DNA from: Nitrosopumilaceae archaeon
GTDB taxonomy: Archaea > Thermoproteota > Nitrososphaeria > Nitrososphaerales > Nitrosopumilaceae
NCBI GenBank assembly: GCA_965209085.1
Contig: OZ242376.1
Location: 640,001-704,000, forward strand
Direction of reading: 5' to 3'
DNA: 64,000 bases
A program made the translations under genes and the position numbers. Below are positions 21,431-33,142 of this stretch, piece by piece. Under the pieces are notes generated by a model that saw only the letters and a list, made by a program, of their open reading frames with translations, was not told the origin of the DNA and made no database searches. Within the stretch, counting starts at the first letter, position 1, and every line of letters starts with the position of its first letter.

Positions 21431-22378
21431 CTATGAATATCTAAATAAATTCTGCTCAAACCACTTGTATGTCATTGTCAATCCTTCTTCCAGGGTAAAT
21501 TTTGGCTTCCACATTGGGGATTGACTCTCAATGTCAAATGATATGGGTTTGCCATCGACCAGCTCGCCCGGTTCATATTCGCCAGATTTGATATTGATGT
21601 CACTTTTACCAATTTTTGTAACCATTTTTGCTAGAGTCGTATTCTTGACAATATTGTTTCCAGCATTTCCTGCACAGTGCAGTGTTTGACCTATGTACTG
21701 GTCTAGATTTTCTATTAATTTTGCATAAAATTCAATAATGTCATCTCCAAATGTCCACAATCTCTTGGCATTTGGAGATCTGACGGTTATATCCCTGCCT
21801 TTTAACACATTCAATATCAACTGGGCCGGAAATTCATCACTTCTCATTCTAGCCCCATATCCACTACCTACCCGTGTTATCACGCAGGGTACTCCATGAG
21901 CTTTGTGGTATGTACTGTAAAGTAGTTCTGCGGCAGCCTTGGTCCAGCCATATACAGAAGAGGGGTTTGGGAGCATTTTTGAAACATATACGGATCCTGC
22001 AGGATGTCCATACAGCGTATTAAAGGAGCTGGGATAGATTATTGTGGGTTTTTTTGCATCCATCTTGCTGACCGTTTCCAAAATCCGAAATGATGGGGCG
22101 AGGTTTGCAGTAAACGTATGTGTTGGGCTAGATGTTCCAAGTGGTCGATCTGCCACCCCTATTCCACTGTCTACTATCACATCAATTCCTTGAAGATCCT
22201 CTAACAGTAGGTCATTTGAGGCCTTCCAGATGTATTTTATTTGATCCTGTACATTGTTTAATCTCCATGCTTCATCAATTCTGCATGTCCATACAACTGA
22301 CGGCCATGCCCATTTTGAGGAATTTTTCAGTAAGTGCAGAGCCGATTACTCCTGTACCCCCATTATCAGAATATTCAT
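21431..22378 (-). pseudogene. NAD-dependent epimerase/dehydratase, frameshifted
   Basis: YGWTK (YxxxK) in the 3' ORF. The Rossmann start MNILIMG/GTGVIGSAL can be read from the ATG at 22378 only across two frameshifts. A MITE sits 1 bp upstream of the ATG. Confidence 0.8.
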
Positions 22379-22379
22379 T

Positions 22380-22457
22380 AGACTTCATGCATAATGGGCC
22401 AAATTCACAATTTTTACGAATAAAAATGACTGATTTTAATGATTATGCATGAGGTCT
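22380..22457. mobile_element. 78-bp MITE (IS5-type TIRs)
   Basis: TIRs AGACTTCATGCATAAT / ATTATGCATGAGGTCT; ATT duplicated on both sides; several copies in the window. Confidence 0.9.
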
Positions 22458-22495
22458 ATTATTTATCAAGTTGTAGAAATTACTGCCATCTAATA

Positions 22496-23719
22496 ATATA
22501 GTATAAGAAGTTATTAATTACGTTTAACCACTCTGTAACAAAAATTTAATCGCTACGTTTAGATCGCACCAGATTTAAGAGCAAATATGACGCGACAGAA
22601 CAGAATTCCGACAGGCATCGAGTTCATGCCAAACATGAGCATCACATATCTTAGAAATTGTTATGCAAAAGAAAAGATTCCAGTTGCAAAACAGCGTCTT
22701 CTCTCATGGATTAAAAGAAAACAGGACAAAACAATGGAGAAGATTGGCGAGGAGCTTGGCGTAAAAGAGACAACAGTATGCAAATGGCTCATACGGGTAA
22801 TGGAGGATGGACTAGCCTCAAGATACAACATAAAACGTCTTGGCAGGGAATGCCATCTTTCAGAAAAACAGCTTGAAAAACTAACAAAGGATCTGATTGC
22901 CGGACCTGAAAAATGCGGATATAGTCAGTCCGCATGGTCTACTGTAATGGTAACGGATCACATTTGGAAAAAATTCAAGGTACAATATGTCCCACGTTCT
23001 GTACAAAATCTACTCAAACGTCTTGGATTTACAATTCAAAAACCCCGTCAGTACCATCCCAAAGCTGCATCAAAGAGTGAACAGGAACGCTTTAAAAAAA
23101 AACTAGGCACATATTGGCACAAAGAGAGGCACACGGAGCAGTAACTGTATCCATGGATGAGATTCATCTTTACCCAACAACCAATATCCGTAACGCATGG
23201 TACCTCATAGGCAGCAAACCCCAAGTTCCATTAGATCCGACCAGACACAGAATAACCATGTTTGGAGCTTTAAGCAAGGATTCTTTCATATTCGAGTTTT
23301 ACGATAAAGCAAACAAAGACAGTCATTTGGATTTTATAAAAATCCTGGAAAAAGAGTTTGGCCGTGTGACAATAGTGCATGATAATGCATCTTATCATCG
23401 TCACCGTGACGTATTTGAATACATCAAATCTAGAAAAGGACGAATCAGTTTAATTTATCTTCCACCGTATACGCCAGAGCTGAACCCAATAGAAATCCAG
23501 TGGCGTGTTTTACGAAAATGCATATCAAATGGGCATTTTGAATCGATCAGACACCTGAAAAAGAAAATTGACCGGGTCATATTGTCTAATCAGATGAAAC
23601 TTGTCAAACTGCACGATTATCTAATTTTTTAGAAACAATAATGTGGGGTAATTGTTACTATGGAGATTGTATTCGGTGTGTTTGTGATAAAATGTAAATT
23701 ATAAATTCTTATACTATAT
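22496..23719 (+). mobile_element. IS630-family element; orfA 22587-23144 and orfB to 23632, joined by a probable -1 frameshift
   Basis: TIRs TATAGTATAAGAA in TA context; HTH orfA; DDE orfB (DE, DNASYH, PELNPIE); TTTAAAAAAAAAC run at about 23091-23103. Confidence 0.88.
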
Positions 23720-23812
23720 TATCTCCATTTAGATCTAAATATGTTAACTTTTGAAAAATATTTGTGCTAATATAATTACATGGTTTATTAATGTGTGATA
23801 TAAAATCAATAT

Positions 23813-24496
23813 ATGCATGATGATGAATTTAAGAAGGTGTGTATTGAACAGAAATGGAATTCAAATCTTGCACAAGAATATTATGATATAATATCTAAAA
23901 TATTTGATGATGCATTAGAGAATGATGCCGAATTTAATAAAAAATTCATAGATAGACAAAATGAATTTCATCGTACAGCACTTCCGAATTATAACAATTG
24001 GTTAGAATTATGTGAAAAAATAAGAATAAACATTAATGTAAAAAGTGATGAAGTGGATCTAATTTTTCTTATACGTTATTTGATAACAGTGGAGAGTTTG
24101 GCTTCACATTATGCCACTGTACTATACTATGCATGTTACAAAGCATATGATAATAAAAATAAAGCATATCATGAATCATTTAACACCATACACAATTACG
24201 TTTTACTTGGACCCAAGTTAAAATACCTTGAAAATAAGGGTTTAGCAAAATACACCAATAGTATAAATCGCTTTCTTCGTAATCAAATAGGACATATGAC
24301 TTTTAAAATAAATAATGGTAAAATTGAAATTCCTGAAGATCAGTCAGATCAGCATGGTTATAAAAAAGTGAATATAGAACAAATGGGGACTGATTTGGAT
24401 ATGCATATTTTGGCCATGTATGCTGCCATATGGCGTTATTATAGTCGATATTCTAAAGTCCCGTTTTATAATTCTGATTTTATAACTCATTTATAA
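23813..24496 (+). CDS. Hypothetical helical protein with a HEPN-like R-x4-H motif
   Basis: 227-aa AT-rich ORF with RNQIGH near the C-terminus. Confidence 0.55.
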   Translation: MHDDEFKKVCIEQKWNSNLAQEYYDIISKIFDDALENDAEFNKKFIDRQNEFHRTALPNYNNWLELCEKIRININVKSDEVDLIFLIRYLITVESLASHYATVLYYACYKAYDNKNKAYHESFNTIHNYVLLGPKLKYLENKGLAKYTNSINRFLRNQIGHMTFKINNGKIEIPEDQSDQHGYKKVNIEQMGTDLDMHILAMYAAIWRYYSRYSKVPFYNSDFITHL

Positions 24497-24497
24497 T

Positions 24498-24575
24498 AGA
24501 CTTCATGCATAATGGGCCAAATTCACAATTTTTACGAATAAAAATGATGGATTTTAATGATTATGCATGAGGTCT
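24498..24575. mobile_element. 78-bp MITE copy
   Basis: Nearly identical to 22380-22457; AAT duplication overlaps the preceding stop codon. Confidence 0.9.
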
Positions 24576-25238
24576 AATATCATATTTTAGATTAAACAAA
24601 CGAAATCACTCATCTTGCCATTTGTTTGGAGATAATCTGTCAGATGTGACATCTTGGCTCAAACTGTTTATTTTTATCATCTGGCTTTAAAAATCACATC
24701 CAGTACGAGCTAATTATAAAGCTAGAAATACGATAAATTTGATCAAGGCAAATTTTCTCTCAAAAGGTACAGATTACCTAGTTCCAAAATAATCAAAACG
24801 CGTAAAAAATGGAAATACTTTACTTCGTAATCTGCCGATAAATTTTCCAAAATCCAGTGAAAATGCGATAACCGTGGTCTCTAATGTATTTTTTATAGAA
24901 GAATCATGATCAATTGTTTTTATCATCCATCGATCAATAACACATTCGGACAAAACCACAAATCCTGCCCAAGATGCCGTAAAACTCCAAGAAACTAGTT
25001 TGGCGAATGAGAGTCCGATAAAAATTATTGAGTCCATCAACAAAGTTTCTGTTATATTTGGATAGTTGTAGAAACTGTTTTTTGTGAATATTTGGCAAGA
25101 TGGAATCCCCCAACGACCATCTGAAAAACCGTTTGTAGCTTCTAGATCCATTTCTCCACCAGTTGTGATGCACTATTGCATTATGCACTACTTTGAATCG
25201 TTTTTTTGTCCTTTTAGTATGTGTAAACAAAAATCAAT

Positions 25239-26535
25239 AGGCCTTATGCATAATCAATCACTGAGACATACGGTTCCGACTATGACGCTGTCATGATCAA
25301 AGTACACATGGCCTAAAACCTTCAAGCAGACAACAAAATAAATCAAAATATCATATGCATGACAAAAAGCAGAATATTATGCGTGACTGTATGCACAAAG
25401 ATGTGCTACTTGATTTGAGCGCAAACTTTTTCCAACGGTTCGATATACTTGCGATCCTTTAACATGATGTGCAGATTGGTCAGTCCTGTAACCACTTGGA
25501 TTTCTGTATAAAACGCATCCATTGTATCATCATATACGGCACTCATTCTGCGGAACCATTTGAGCCGGTTTATGGCATGCTCTACTTTTATGCGCTTACG
25601 ACTGATTCTCTTGCTGTATTCACGTTCTGTCTCTGTCAATCCCTTACCCTTTGGTTTTTTGTACGGCTGCTTTGAGATAATGCCCCGATAGTCTTTTTCC
25701 ACGGACAGATATCCCTTGTCAGTATATAGCATAATTTGGCGCTCTTTTTTTGTATCAGAGTTTTTCATGCCATTGGTCCATTTGCCAAAATTTGGCGGAT
25801 TACGCCGCAGTACCTCCATGTCATGTACTGAGCCATCTTCAGGTCCGCCAATGTCAAGTACCAACCCGTCTTTGTTTGAGGTTATCTGTACGTTGTAGAC
25901 GTGCCTCTTACGCTTTCCAGAGTATACTACCTCTTGGTTTTCCTGCGGTCTTTGAACCTGTACAAACGTGGCATCAAGATATAGCTCGCCGCCGCCTCTG
26001 CCGGGTACGAATTTTTTAAACAACTCGCTTGTACGTATTGTCCGTATTGCAGCACCAATATTCTTAGCCGTTGGAAGAATATTCATCAACAATTCATCAG
26101 AAAAGGTCAGATATCTGCTGATGGTGCTCTGATCAACGCCTGCAATGGCCGCAAGCAATTCCTGTTTAGGATTGTTGCGTTTGCGGCACAGTGTGACAAA
26201 CAAAATTTGAGATGCAGTGAGAATACAGGTGTTTCCAGGATCGTCGACATCATCTGAAAAGCGGGGGACCTTGGGCGAATATTCGATAACTTTTTCAAAC
26301 CGTTCCTGAATCCATTCAAACTCTTCACGGTTCATTCCAGTCGTCCCGTACAAATAATTGTCATCGTCAATTATGTGGTTCAAATATTCGTAGGCAGATT
26401 GTTGCTTTTCGACCTCATTATCATGTATCGTTTTTTTGTAGTGTTGAATTTCTGCTTCAAGCTTGGAGATCATCTCTGTTTGCTGGGCGATTATACGCTT
26501 GTCTGGGGCACACATGCTGTACGAATGTGATACTA
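25239..26535 (-). mobile_element. IS5-family element A (transposase 25406-26515), left end lost at an IS110 junction
   Basis: DATF..QRP, YSGK, G.VHD, DKGY, R..VEH motifs; TIR AGGCCTTATGCATAAT; nearly identical to 55289-56643. Confidence 0.88.
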
Positions 26536-27867
26536 ACCATATGTGCCCAAGAAATCAAGGAATTCAGATGGTTGCTTAAATGATAAATCCGTATCAGTCA
26601 ACAAACGCAAGCCCAAAAACAAAGCTCAAAATGCAAACAAAAACACTAGGGTGTTTAAGAGCAAGTCCATGTTTGTTGGAATTGACTCCCATAAAGAATT
26701 TCTCCAGATAGCAGCAATTGACGGCAAAGGCAAACTGATCTTAAACACGCGTGTTGAAAACAGACACGCGGACATTAGAAAGTTTTTCCAAATAAGCATA
26801 CCCGAGGGTTCAAAGATGGTAATGGAGTCATCATCTGTCTGGTACGGACTGTTCCGATACATGACCGACAGACTGGATCTTGATGTGATTCTCTCAAACC
26901 CATATCAGACAAAGGCCATTGCCGCATCCACTAAAAAAACAGACAAAGTTGATGCGCAAATTTTGGCAAATTTGCTGCGAGGAGGATATATCAACGAGTG
27001 CTATGTTCCAGGTAAAAAGATTGTAGAGCAAAGACAACTGGTCCGATACAGGCACAAACTTGTACAGGCGAGAACAAATATGAAAAATTCCATACATGGA
27101 ATACTGCTCCAAAAAGGAATTAAAATTCCAGGACGTACGTTTTCGTACAAATACATTGCAAGCCTTTAAGCCATAAACGACTATCGAATAGACGGTTTTC
27201 TTGCATCCATTGGCCTTTATGACAATCAGATACAAAAAGCCAATGTACTGATCTACAAGTGCACGTACAAGCCGGTATGCCGATATACTCAAAACTGTCC
27301 CAGGAATTGCAGATTTTACGGCATTAACGATTGCATCTGAGATTGATAATGTTGAGAGATTCTCTGATCCTGAAAAGCTAAAATCATACGTAGGACTTGC
27401 ACCATCGGTCCGCAATTCTGCCAATCTCGTACATCATGGACACATAACAAAAAGAGGAAGCAGAATGCTCAGGTGGGTTCTAGTTGAGGCAATACGCTCG
27501 CACGTACTACATGCACCAAAAAGTGACATTTCAATATTTTACAAGCGGCTTGCAAGAAAGAGAGGAAACTCCAAGGCTGCAGTTGCAGCAGCTGGAAAAA
27601 TGCTAAAGGTGATTTACTGGTTACTAAAGGAGAATCGGGATTTTGAACAAAATTACAGTTAGTTGCACGGCCGCGGCGCAGTATATGGAGATAGTGCTCC
27701 GAGATTCTAACTGCGGTAAGCTCTAACAAGTGGATGAAGATGGTTGTGGGGATAATGCCCCGAATGGATATATGTCTCTCATTCTTTAATTGGAAAAATA
27801 GCCCCTAGTGGATACTGTACAAAAATATGGAAAAACGCAAGGAATACTTAAAAAAGAGGCACATGGA
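26536..27867 (+). mobile_element. IS110/IS1111-type element, variant 2 (transposase broken by a stop and a frameshift)
   Basis: GIDSHK, MES, KTDKVDA (DEDD), GLAPSVRNS. Ends ACCATATGTG...CACATGGA flanked by TA; about 200-bp 3' non-coding region. Confidence 0.88.
27663..27867 (+). ncRNA. Putative bridge/seek RNA of IS110 variant 2
   Basis: CCGCG-[GCGCAGTATAT]-GGAG..CTCC-[GAGATTCTAA]-CTGCGG module, then an ATGGTT / GGGG..CCCC / ATGGATA module. Exact RNA ends unknown. Confidence 0.65.
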
Positions 27868-27869
27868 TA

Positions 27870-28987
27870 TACTGCGGATCAAAAGTAACTGCAATCTACA
27901 GCTTTTCTCATAACAAAATCCATTATTGATACTTTGAATCGTACAGTTCTAAAATATTCTGAAATTGTATATTTCATATTCTCAAATGTTTCATAATATT
28001 CAGTGACGGCCAACGCACGTTTGGCCTGATACCAACATTCTTCAACGGCACTCAGAAACGGTGAACTTGTAGGGAAAAACAAAAGCTTTACCTCATCTTT
28101 ATTCTCAGATATATATTTTTTAATAATTTTGGATTTTCTGTGTTGTGCAGTTCTATCCGTAATTATGCAAATTTTTCCAAATTTTTGATGAGCCATTTTT
28201 AAAAACTTGAGAAATGATTTTGCATCAAACAAATCATAGTTTGCAAACATCTGCCTGCTATCCGATAAGAGTACTCCAAAGACAACAATTTTTTTGTGAG
28301 AACCTGTGGATTTTACGTAACAATTTTTGCTTATTTCAATCCAGAGTTTCTTGCCGGATAATGAATCGTATTTTATTATACATTCATCCTGAACGCCTAC
28401 TGCAAATCCACGCTCTTCAAGTAGGCATATTTGACGCCTAGTGTTTTGCGACCAGTTGTAGCAGACTGATGCCGGCGCTGCATTGACATGAATTCTTTTT
28501 GGAGCCTTGCTGACAAATGAGAATTTGTGGAGTCTTTTTCTGATGTTTGATATGTGATATTTTACTCCGGTTTTGCGTTTAATGTTGTGCATTACCTGTT
28601 TTGGATCAACTGAACCGTTCTCTCGTCTTGTCATGTCAATAATTTTTTTAAATCGTATATTTGATAATAATAAAGGCCTGCCCGATTTGGGCAGGGTTTT
28701 AAGACCGTCTAATCCAAGCTCGTCATATCGTTGCATGCATTCTTTGCCCCAGTTGTAGCTTTTCATCAGTAATTCCGAAGCTTTAGCTATATGGGGATGT
28801 TTTGGTATTTGACCATGCTTACAAGATATATTTTTGATATCTCTTTTCTGTCTTTGACATGCCTGCTTGCATTATACAGTTCCTGATGTTCTTTGTTCAT
28901 GATTGATTCATACCCGAGGTGATCCAAATATCTTGCGGTTACATTGTGCCTAGAGTCATAAATTGCAGTTACTTTTGCGTGTCAGTA
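27870..28987 (-). mobile_element. IS630-family element 2 (ORF 27879-28766; 5' part frameshifted)
   Basis: QDE, DRTAQH, SPFLSAVEECW; TIRs TACTG....CAAAAGTAACTGCAAT with TA flanks. Confidence 0.8.
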
Positions 28988-28989
28988 TA

Positions 28990-29530
28990 CTTGGGGTTTT
29001 TATTCCAAAAAATACCGCATATGTTGAAAATCCCATTTGAAATGCAATGTTGTTCAAATCCCACATGGCAAGAATCTTTTTGTTCTCTACGTTTACAGCT
29101 AGCGCTATTCGGATAAACCTGATTCAAATTTTCCACTTTATGCGCCTTTGCTCCATGCTTTCGCCTGCATTTATTTCGCTGCAATCAAATGCAACCTCTA
29201 TATTCTCCGTCTCTTTTGTAATGGAGTTTGAAAACGTAAAGACACCATCGTGTTCTTTGTAACCTATATCAATTACAGATATCCTCCTCAATATCTGGAC
29301 AAACCCGATCCCAAAGGAATCGTTGGTCTATTTTGATAACAGACCGTCCATCTGTCTGTATCCGATGCCAAACACGGATCTGATAAACACCATTTGAAGT
29401 ATCAGTGATTCAGGACAGATGAATGGTTTGCCCGTTTTGTTTTTATTCATGCTGCAAAGCTCGGATTTCATTTGTGTGTAATCTGAGCTTACCCCGATTT
29501 TTCCCCTGGCTTACATATATTGCATCCGTG
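28990..29530 (-). pseudogene. IS5 (IS903-like) transposase remnant
   Basis: A broken frame reads MNKNKTGKPFICPES...GIGYRQMDG, similar to 47867-48184. Boundaries approximate. Confidence 0.55.
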
Positions 29531-29661
29531 CAGTACGTCAACACAAGGGATGTGATCTGATCTTTTTGTGTTTCGGTCGGCATCAGTCATTTTAGGCAGG
29601 GTTATGAAACAAAGTCATGCGATCTACAACTATAAATACATAAATTCTAATTCATCTGTTA

Positions 29662-30225
29662 TTGTCCATCAATATCAAATATCCAAAAATCATCGAATTG
29701 AGCAACGGTAAAAAAATACTGCTAACTGATGATGATTGGGAAAAACGTACATTAGTAATAGAAACAGACAAACTTGAATCTGAAGTTCGAACGATACTGA
29801 AAAAAGAAGGCTATGATGATACAAATTTGTTAGAATTTAAAAAATTGGAGCAGTTGGGTAATGGACTTATCAAACAAATCGATGAATGTCAAATACACAT
29901 TAGACTCTATTCACATAAGAATCACATACAGTTGGATGCAGAAGCCGAACTATCTAATAAGTATGTGGAACATTTATCATACGGATGGATTTCAGCATTT
30001 CAAGAAAGCTGGAATATTATAAATAAAAATTTTGGTAATGTTTGGATATATCATAAAGGTAACAAAAGATATGTTAAAAAAGTAATTTCAGAAACTATTC
30101 TGACATTAAATGATTCACAATCAAAAACAGATTATAAATTATTGATGGCATCTGGAATATTTGGAGCTATTATTGGGGCAGGTTTATTTTGGGCTCTTAA
30201 TCGTTATGCAAAAAAAGATACATGA
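29662..30225 (+). CDS. Hypothetical protein with a C-terminal membrane anchor
   Basis: 187-aa ORF ending in a hydrophobic GIFGAIIGAGLFWAL followed by basic residues. Confidence 0.6.
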   Translation: MSINIKYPKIIELSNGKKILLTDDDWEKRTLVIETDKLESEVRTILKKEGYDDTNLLEFKKLEQLGNGLIKQIDECQIHIRLYSHKNHIQLDAEAELSNKYVEHLSYGWISAFQESWNIINKNFGNVWIYHKGNKRYVKKVISETILTLNDSQSKTDYKLLMASGIFGAIIGAGLFWALNRYAKKDT

Positions 30226-30402
30226 CTCCGTTGCATAACTGCGGTAAGCTTTAACATGTGGATGAAGATGGTTGTGGGATTAAATCCCGAATGGATAGAT
30301 GTCTTTTTACTTTTTGACTGGAAACAGACACATAGCGAAAGCCATACCGCATGACACAAAAAAGCAAGAAACCTTTAAAAAGTATTCACATGGGTGAACT
30401 CT
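30226..30402 (+). mobile_element. Solo right-end fragment of IS110 variant 1 plus a MITE TIR remnant
   Basis: Matches 47563-47737; ends CACATGGG-TG-AACTCT-AAT. Confidence 0.85.
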
Positions 30403-30409
30403 AATAAAC

Positions 30410-30737
30410 TGACTCAAATGGTTCCGTAAAATGAGTGCCATATATGATGACATAATGGATGTGTTTTATACAGAAATTTAAGTGGTTACAGGATTGATCA
30501 ATCTGCACATCATGTAAAGGATCGCAAGTATGCCGAACCGTTGGAAAAAGTTTGTCCTCAAATCAAGTAGCACATCTTTGTGTATACAGTCACGCATAAT
30601 ATTCTGCTTTTTGTCATGCATGTGACATTTTAATTTATTTTGTTGTCTGTTTGAGATCATTATTCACTATGTGTTTTGATCATGGCAATGCCATAGTCAG
30701 AATCGTATGTCAATGTAATTGATTATGCATAAACTTT
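30410..30737 (+). mobile_element. Degenerate 3' end of IS5 element A
   Basis: Aligns with about 56310-56643, including the ATTATGCATAA TIR core. Confidence 0.8.
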
Positions 30738-30831
30738 ATTTATTTCTGATTCAAATTCATTGCTGCATACATTGTATCTTTTATGGCTTATTTATTTTTA
30801 GCATTTTTCGTTCATTCCACTTAATAAAAAA

Positions 30832-31800
30832 TTAGTCAATTTTTAATATTTTTTGATTTGTATTTGTATATGGGAATTTAAAATCTATTTCACGTGGGAA
30901 CACAAGTTTAGATTTATAATTTTTATTATTTTCTAAAAAATTCTCAATTTTAGATTTGTTTTGGTAAATTATTGATTGAAGAATTCCAAAGTATGGTGTA
31001 AGATGTTTTTTATCACCTCGCCCACAATCTTTTTCATTTTTTAATATTAATTCAACATCTTCAGGAGTCATATTAATATTTTTTAATAATTGATCAATAT
31101 TTTGAATAAGCATGATTCTAATTTTTTTATTTGGTAATAGACTATCATCCCAATATTTTAAAATTTTTTCAATTTTTTTATATCTTATCAAGGTATTGTT
31201 AGTTTTTTTTACAAGTATAGATTTTTTATTATTATCTATTTGATTAATTGACAATTCGATATTCTCCAACATAGCTTTTATTTGATATGCTATACGCATT
31301 TCCCCCCAATCATTTTTTTTAGATTTGTAAATACGATCATGTGTCGCTAAAATCCACGCATGTTGTAAAAATGTTTTTATCTGTATCTCGAACAGTATGT
31401 CATGCATAGGACTATATGGTAATTTCGGATCATTTTTTAATTTACCATATAATCTAAGATCATCAAACTCAAATGAATCAGGTTCTTTATGTGTAAAATC
31501 TACACTCTTAGGTTTGACACGACATTCATTAAAGAAATTGGAGATTGATCTTCTTGCAGTATTAATTTCATCATTATTTTTAACAACAATTGTGCATGCA
31601 AAAAAATCTTCTAATTGGTCCACAAGGAATCTCCCAGTTTCTATCTTTAATGCGTATGATTCAATAGTTTTTAATCTGCTAAAATAATGCCAGTGTGGTT
31701 TTTTTCGTTCTTTGATTAGAGTATCAACTCTTTTTTTAACAAGTTTATTTATTTTTAGTTGTGGATCATAATGCACTTTAATAGAATTAAGTATTATCAT
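30832..31800 (-). CDS. RelA/SpoT-like nucleotidyltransferase domain protein
   Basis: SRLKTIES..K, EDFFACTIVV, FEIQIKTFLQHAW...HDRIYK match the alarmone-synthetase motif order. Confidence 0.75.
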   Translation of the reverse strand: MIILNSIKVHYDPQLKINKLVKKRVDTLIKERKKPHWHYFSRLKTIESYALKIETGRFLVDQLEDFFACTIVVKNNDEINTARRSISNFFNECRVKPKSVDFTHKEPDSFEFDDLRLYGKLKNDPKLPYSPMHDILFEIQIKTFLQHAWILATHDRIYKSKKNDWGEMRIAYQIKAMLENIELSINQIDNNKKSILVKKTNNTLIRYKKIEKILKYWDDSLLPNKKIRIMLIQNIDQLLKNINMTPEDVELILKNEKDCGRGDKKHLTPYFGILQSIIYQNKSKIENFLENNKNYKSKLVFPREIDFKFPYTNTNQKILKID

Positions 31801-32854
31801 TTTTTAAATAATCCTTTAATGCATTATAACGGCCAATTCTTAAACCATGATCTGTAGTGGCGCCTATAGAATGTTTGAAATATAACCAAATAGGATCCAT
31901 TTGATCCACATTTTGACTCACATCATCTTTGTTGGATTTATAGTAGTTAACTTTAGAAATAAAGTGCAAATATTTCCTAACAAATTCATTTGGATTTGGC
32001 AATTCTTCATTTAATAATATCCAATTCCATAACGTATAAAAATTATATCCAAGAGAAATAAATTTAATTAATTCTTTATCATCAGCATTTAATAATTGTT
32101 TTATATATTCTATAACTCTAGTTTTATTTTCTCGATAGTCATCTAGAATAAAATCTGGGACATTATTTAGATTATCATATTTTGCATACATTTCATCAAT
32201 ATGATCCGGGTGAAAACCATAATTTGTTTTTCCTATTGTCATGATCAATAATTCTGAAATAAATTGTACATCTTTCATACGTCTCGCTTTTTGGATCGAG
32301 CTAACTTTAACTTCGGTCCAGAATTTATCATTAGATGTTAATGTGGATTCCGTGATAAACCAACCACTATATTTTGCGTGTCTTAATTCTTGCTGATTTA
32401 AATTGTGTGCATTTCGATTAAACCTATCAAACATTTCACTTATGACGTCAGATTCTACCGAATCTATTTGTTCTATAACTAACGAATATTGCCAAAAATC
32501 TTTTTTTTGTTCTATTGAAAGTTCATTAAATTTTTTCCCAGCTAAATTTTTATCTGCAAACTCACGAGGTATGCATAGATCATTATTGTTAAAATCTATG
32601 ATGGTTTGTAATCTTTGCTTTCCATCAATGATGGAATATATTGATACCCCTTCGTCGTCAATACGATGGTTCAAAAATAATGCCGGGCAAGGATAATTTT
32701 TAAATATTGTTTCTAGGAAATATTCTTGATCAGAAATTGACCAAACACTATATCTTTGATATGGCGGATCAAGATTAAGTAATCTGCGAGAATTAAGATC
32801 TAAAAACCAACTAATTTGTTGAGTATTCGTTATATGTACCATATTATCACACAA
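31787..32854 (-). CDS. DUF262 (GmrS/ParB-like) domain protein
   Basis: PPYQRYSVW, IIDGKQRL, MFDRFNR, LNQQELRHA. Confidence 0.85.
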   Translation of the reverse strand: MCDNMVHITNTQQISWFLDLNSRRLLNLDPPYQRYSVWSISDQEYFLETIFKNYPCPALFLNHRIDDEGVSIYSIIDGKQRLQTIIDFNNNDLCIPREFADKNLAGKKFNELSIEQKKDFWQYSLVIEQIDSVESDVISEMFDRFNRNAHNLNQQELRHAKYSGWFITESTLTSNDKFWTEVKVSSIQKARRMKDVQFISELLIMTIGKTNYGFHPDHIDEMYAKYDNLNNVPDFILDDYRENKTRVIEYIKQLLNADDKELIKFISLGYNFYTLWNWILLNEELPNPNEFVRKYLHFISKVNYYKSNKDDVSQNVDQMDPIWLYFKHSIGATTDHGLRIGRYNALKDYLKNDNT

Positions 32855-32891
32855 TGAATGTATTTCTTATAAATATCTACGGTGTGTTCTA

Positions 32892-33060
32892 ACCATATGT
32901 GCCCAAGAAATCAAGGAATTCAGATGGTTGCTTAAATGATAAATCCGTATCAGTCAACAAACGTAAACCCAAAAGCAAAGCTCAAAATGCAAACAAAAAC
33001 ACTAGGGCATTTAATAGGAAATCTATGTTTGATGGAATCAACACCAATAAAGAATTCCTT
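32892..33060 (+). mobile_element. Left-end fragment of IS110 variant 2
   Basis: Nearly identical to 26536-26700; preceded by TTC-TA. Confidence 0.85.
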
Positions 33061-33142
33061 GATTTCTTGGGTACATATGGTTATGTAGGACATTATTTAG
33101 ATCAAACATACCAAAAAATGCAAAGAACGTCTTGGAATCATC

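Noticed and set aside
22380-24575. MITE-bounded composite transposon carrying the HEPN-like gene
   Set aside because: Each MITE has its own duplication (ATT and AAT), indicating independent insertions.
24600-25238. Short ORFs 24774-25151 and 24934-25230
   Set aside because: No recognisable motifs; probably a decayed gene cut by IS5-A; cannot be assigned.
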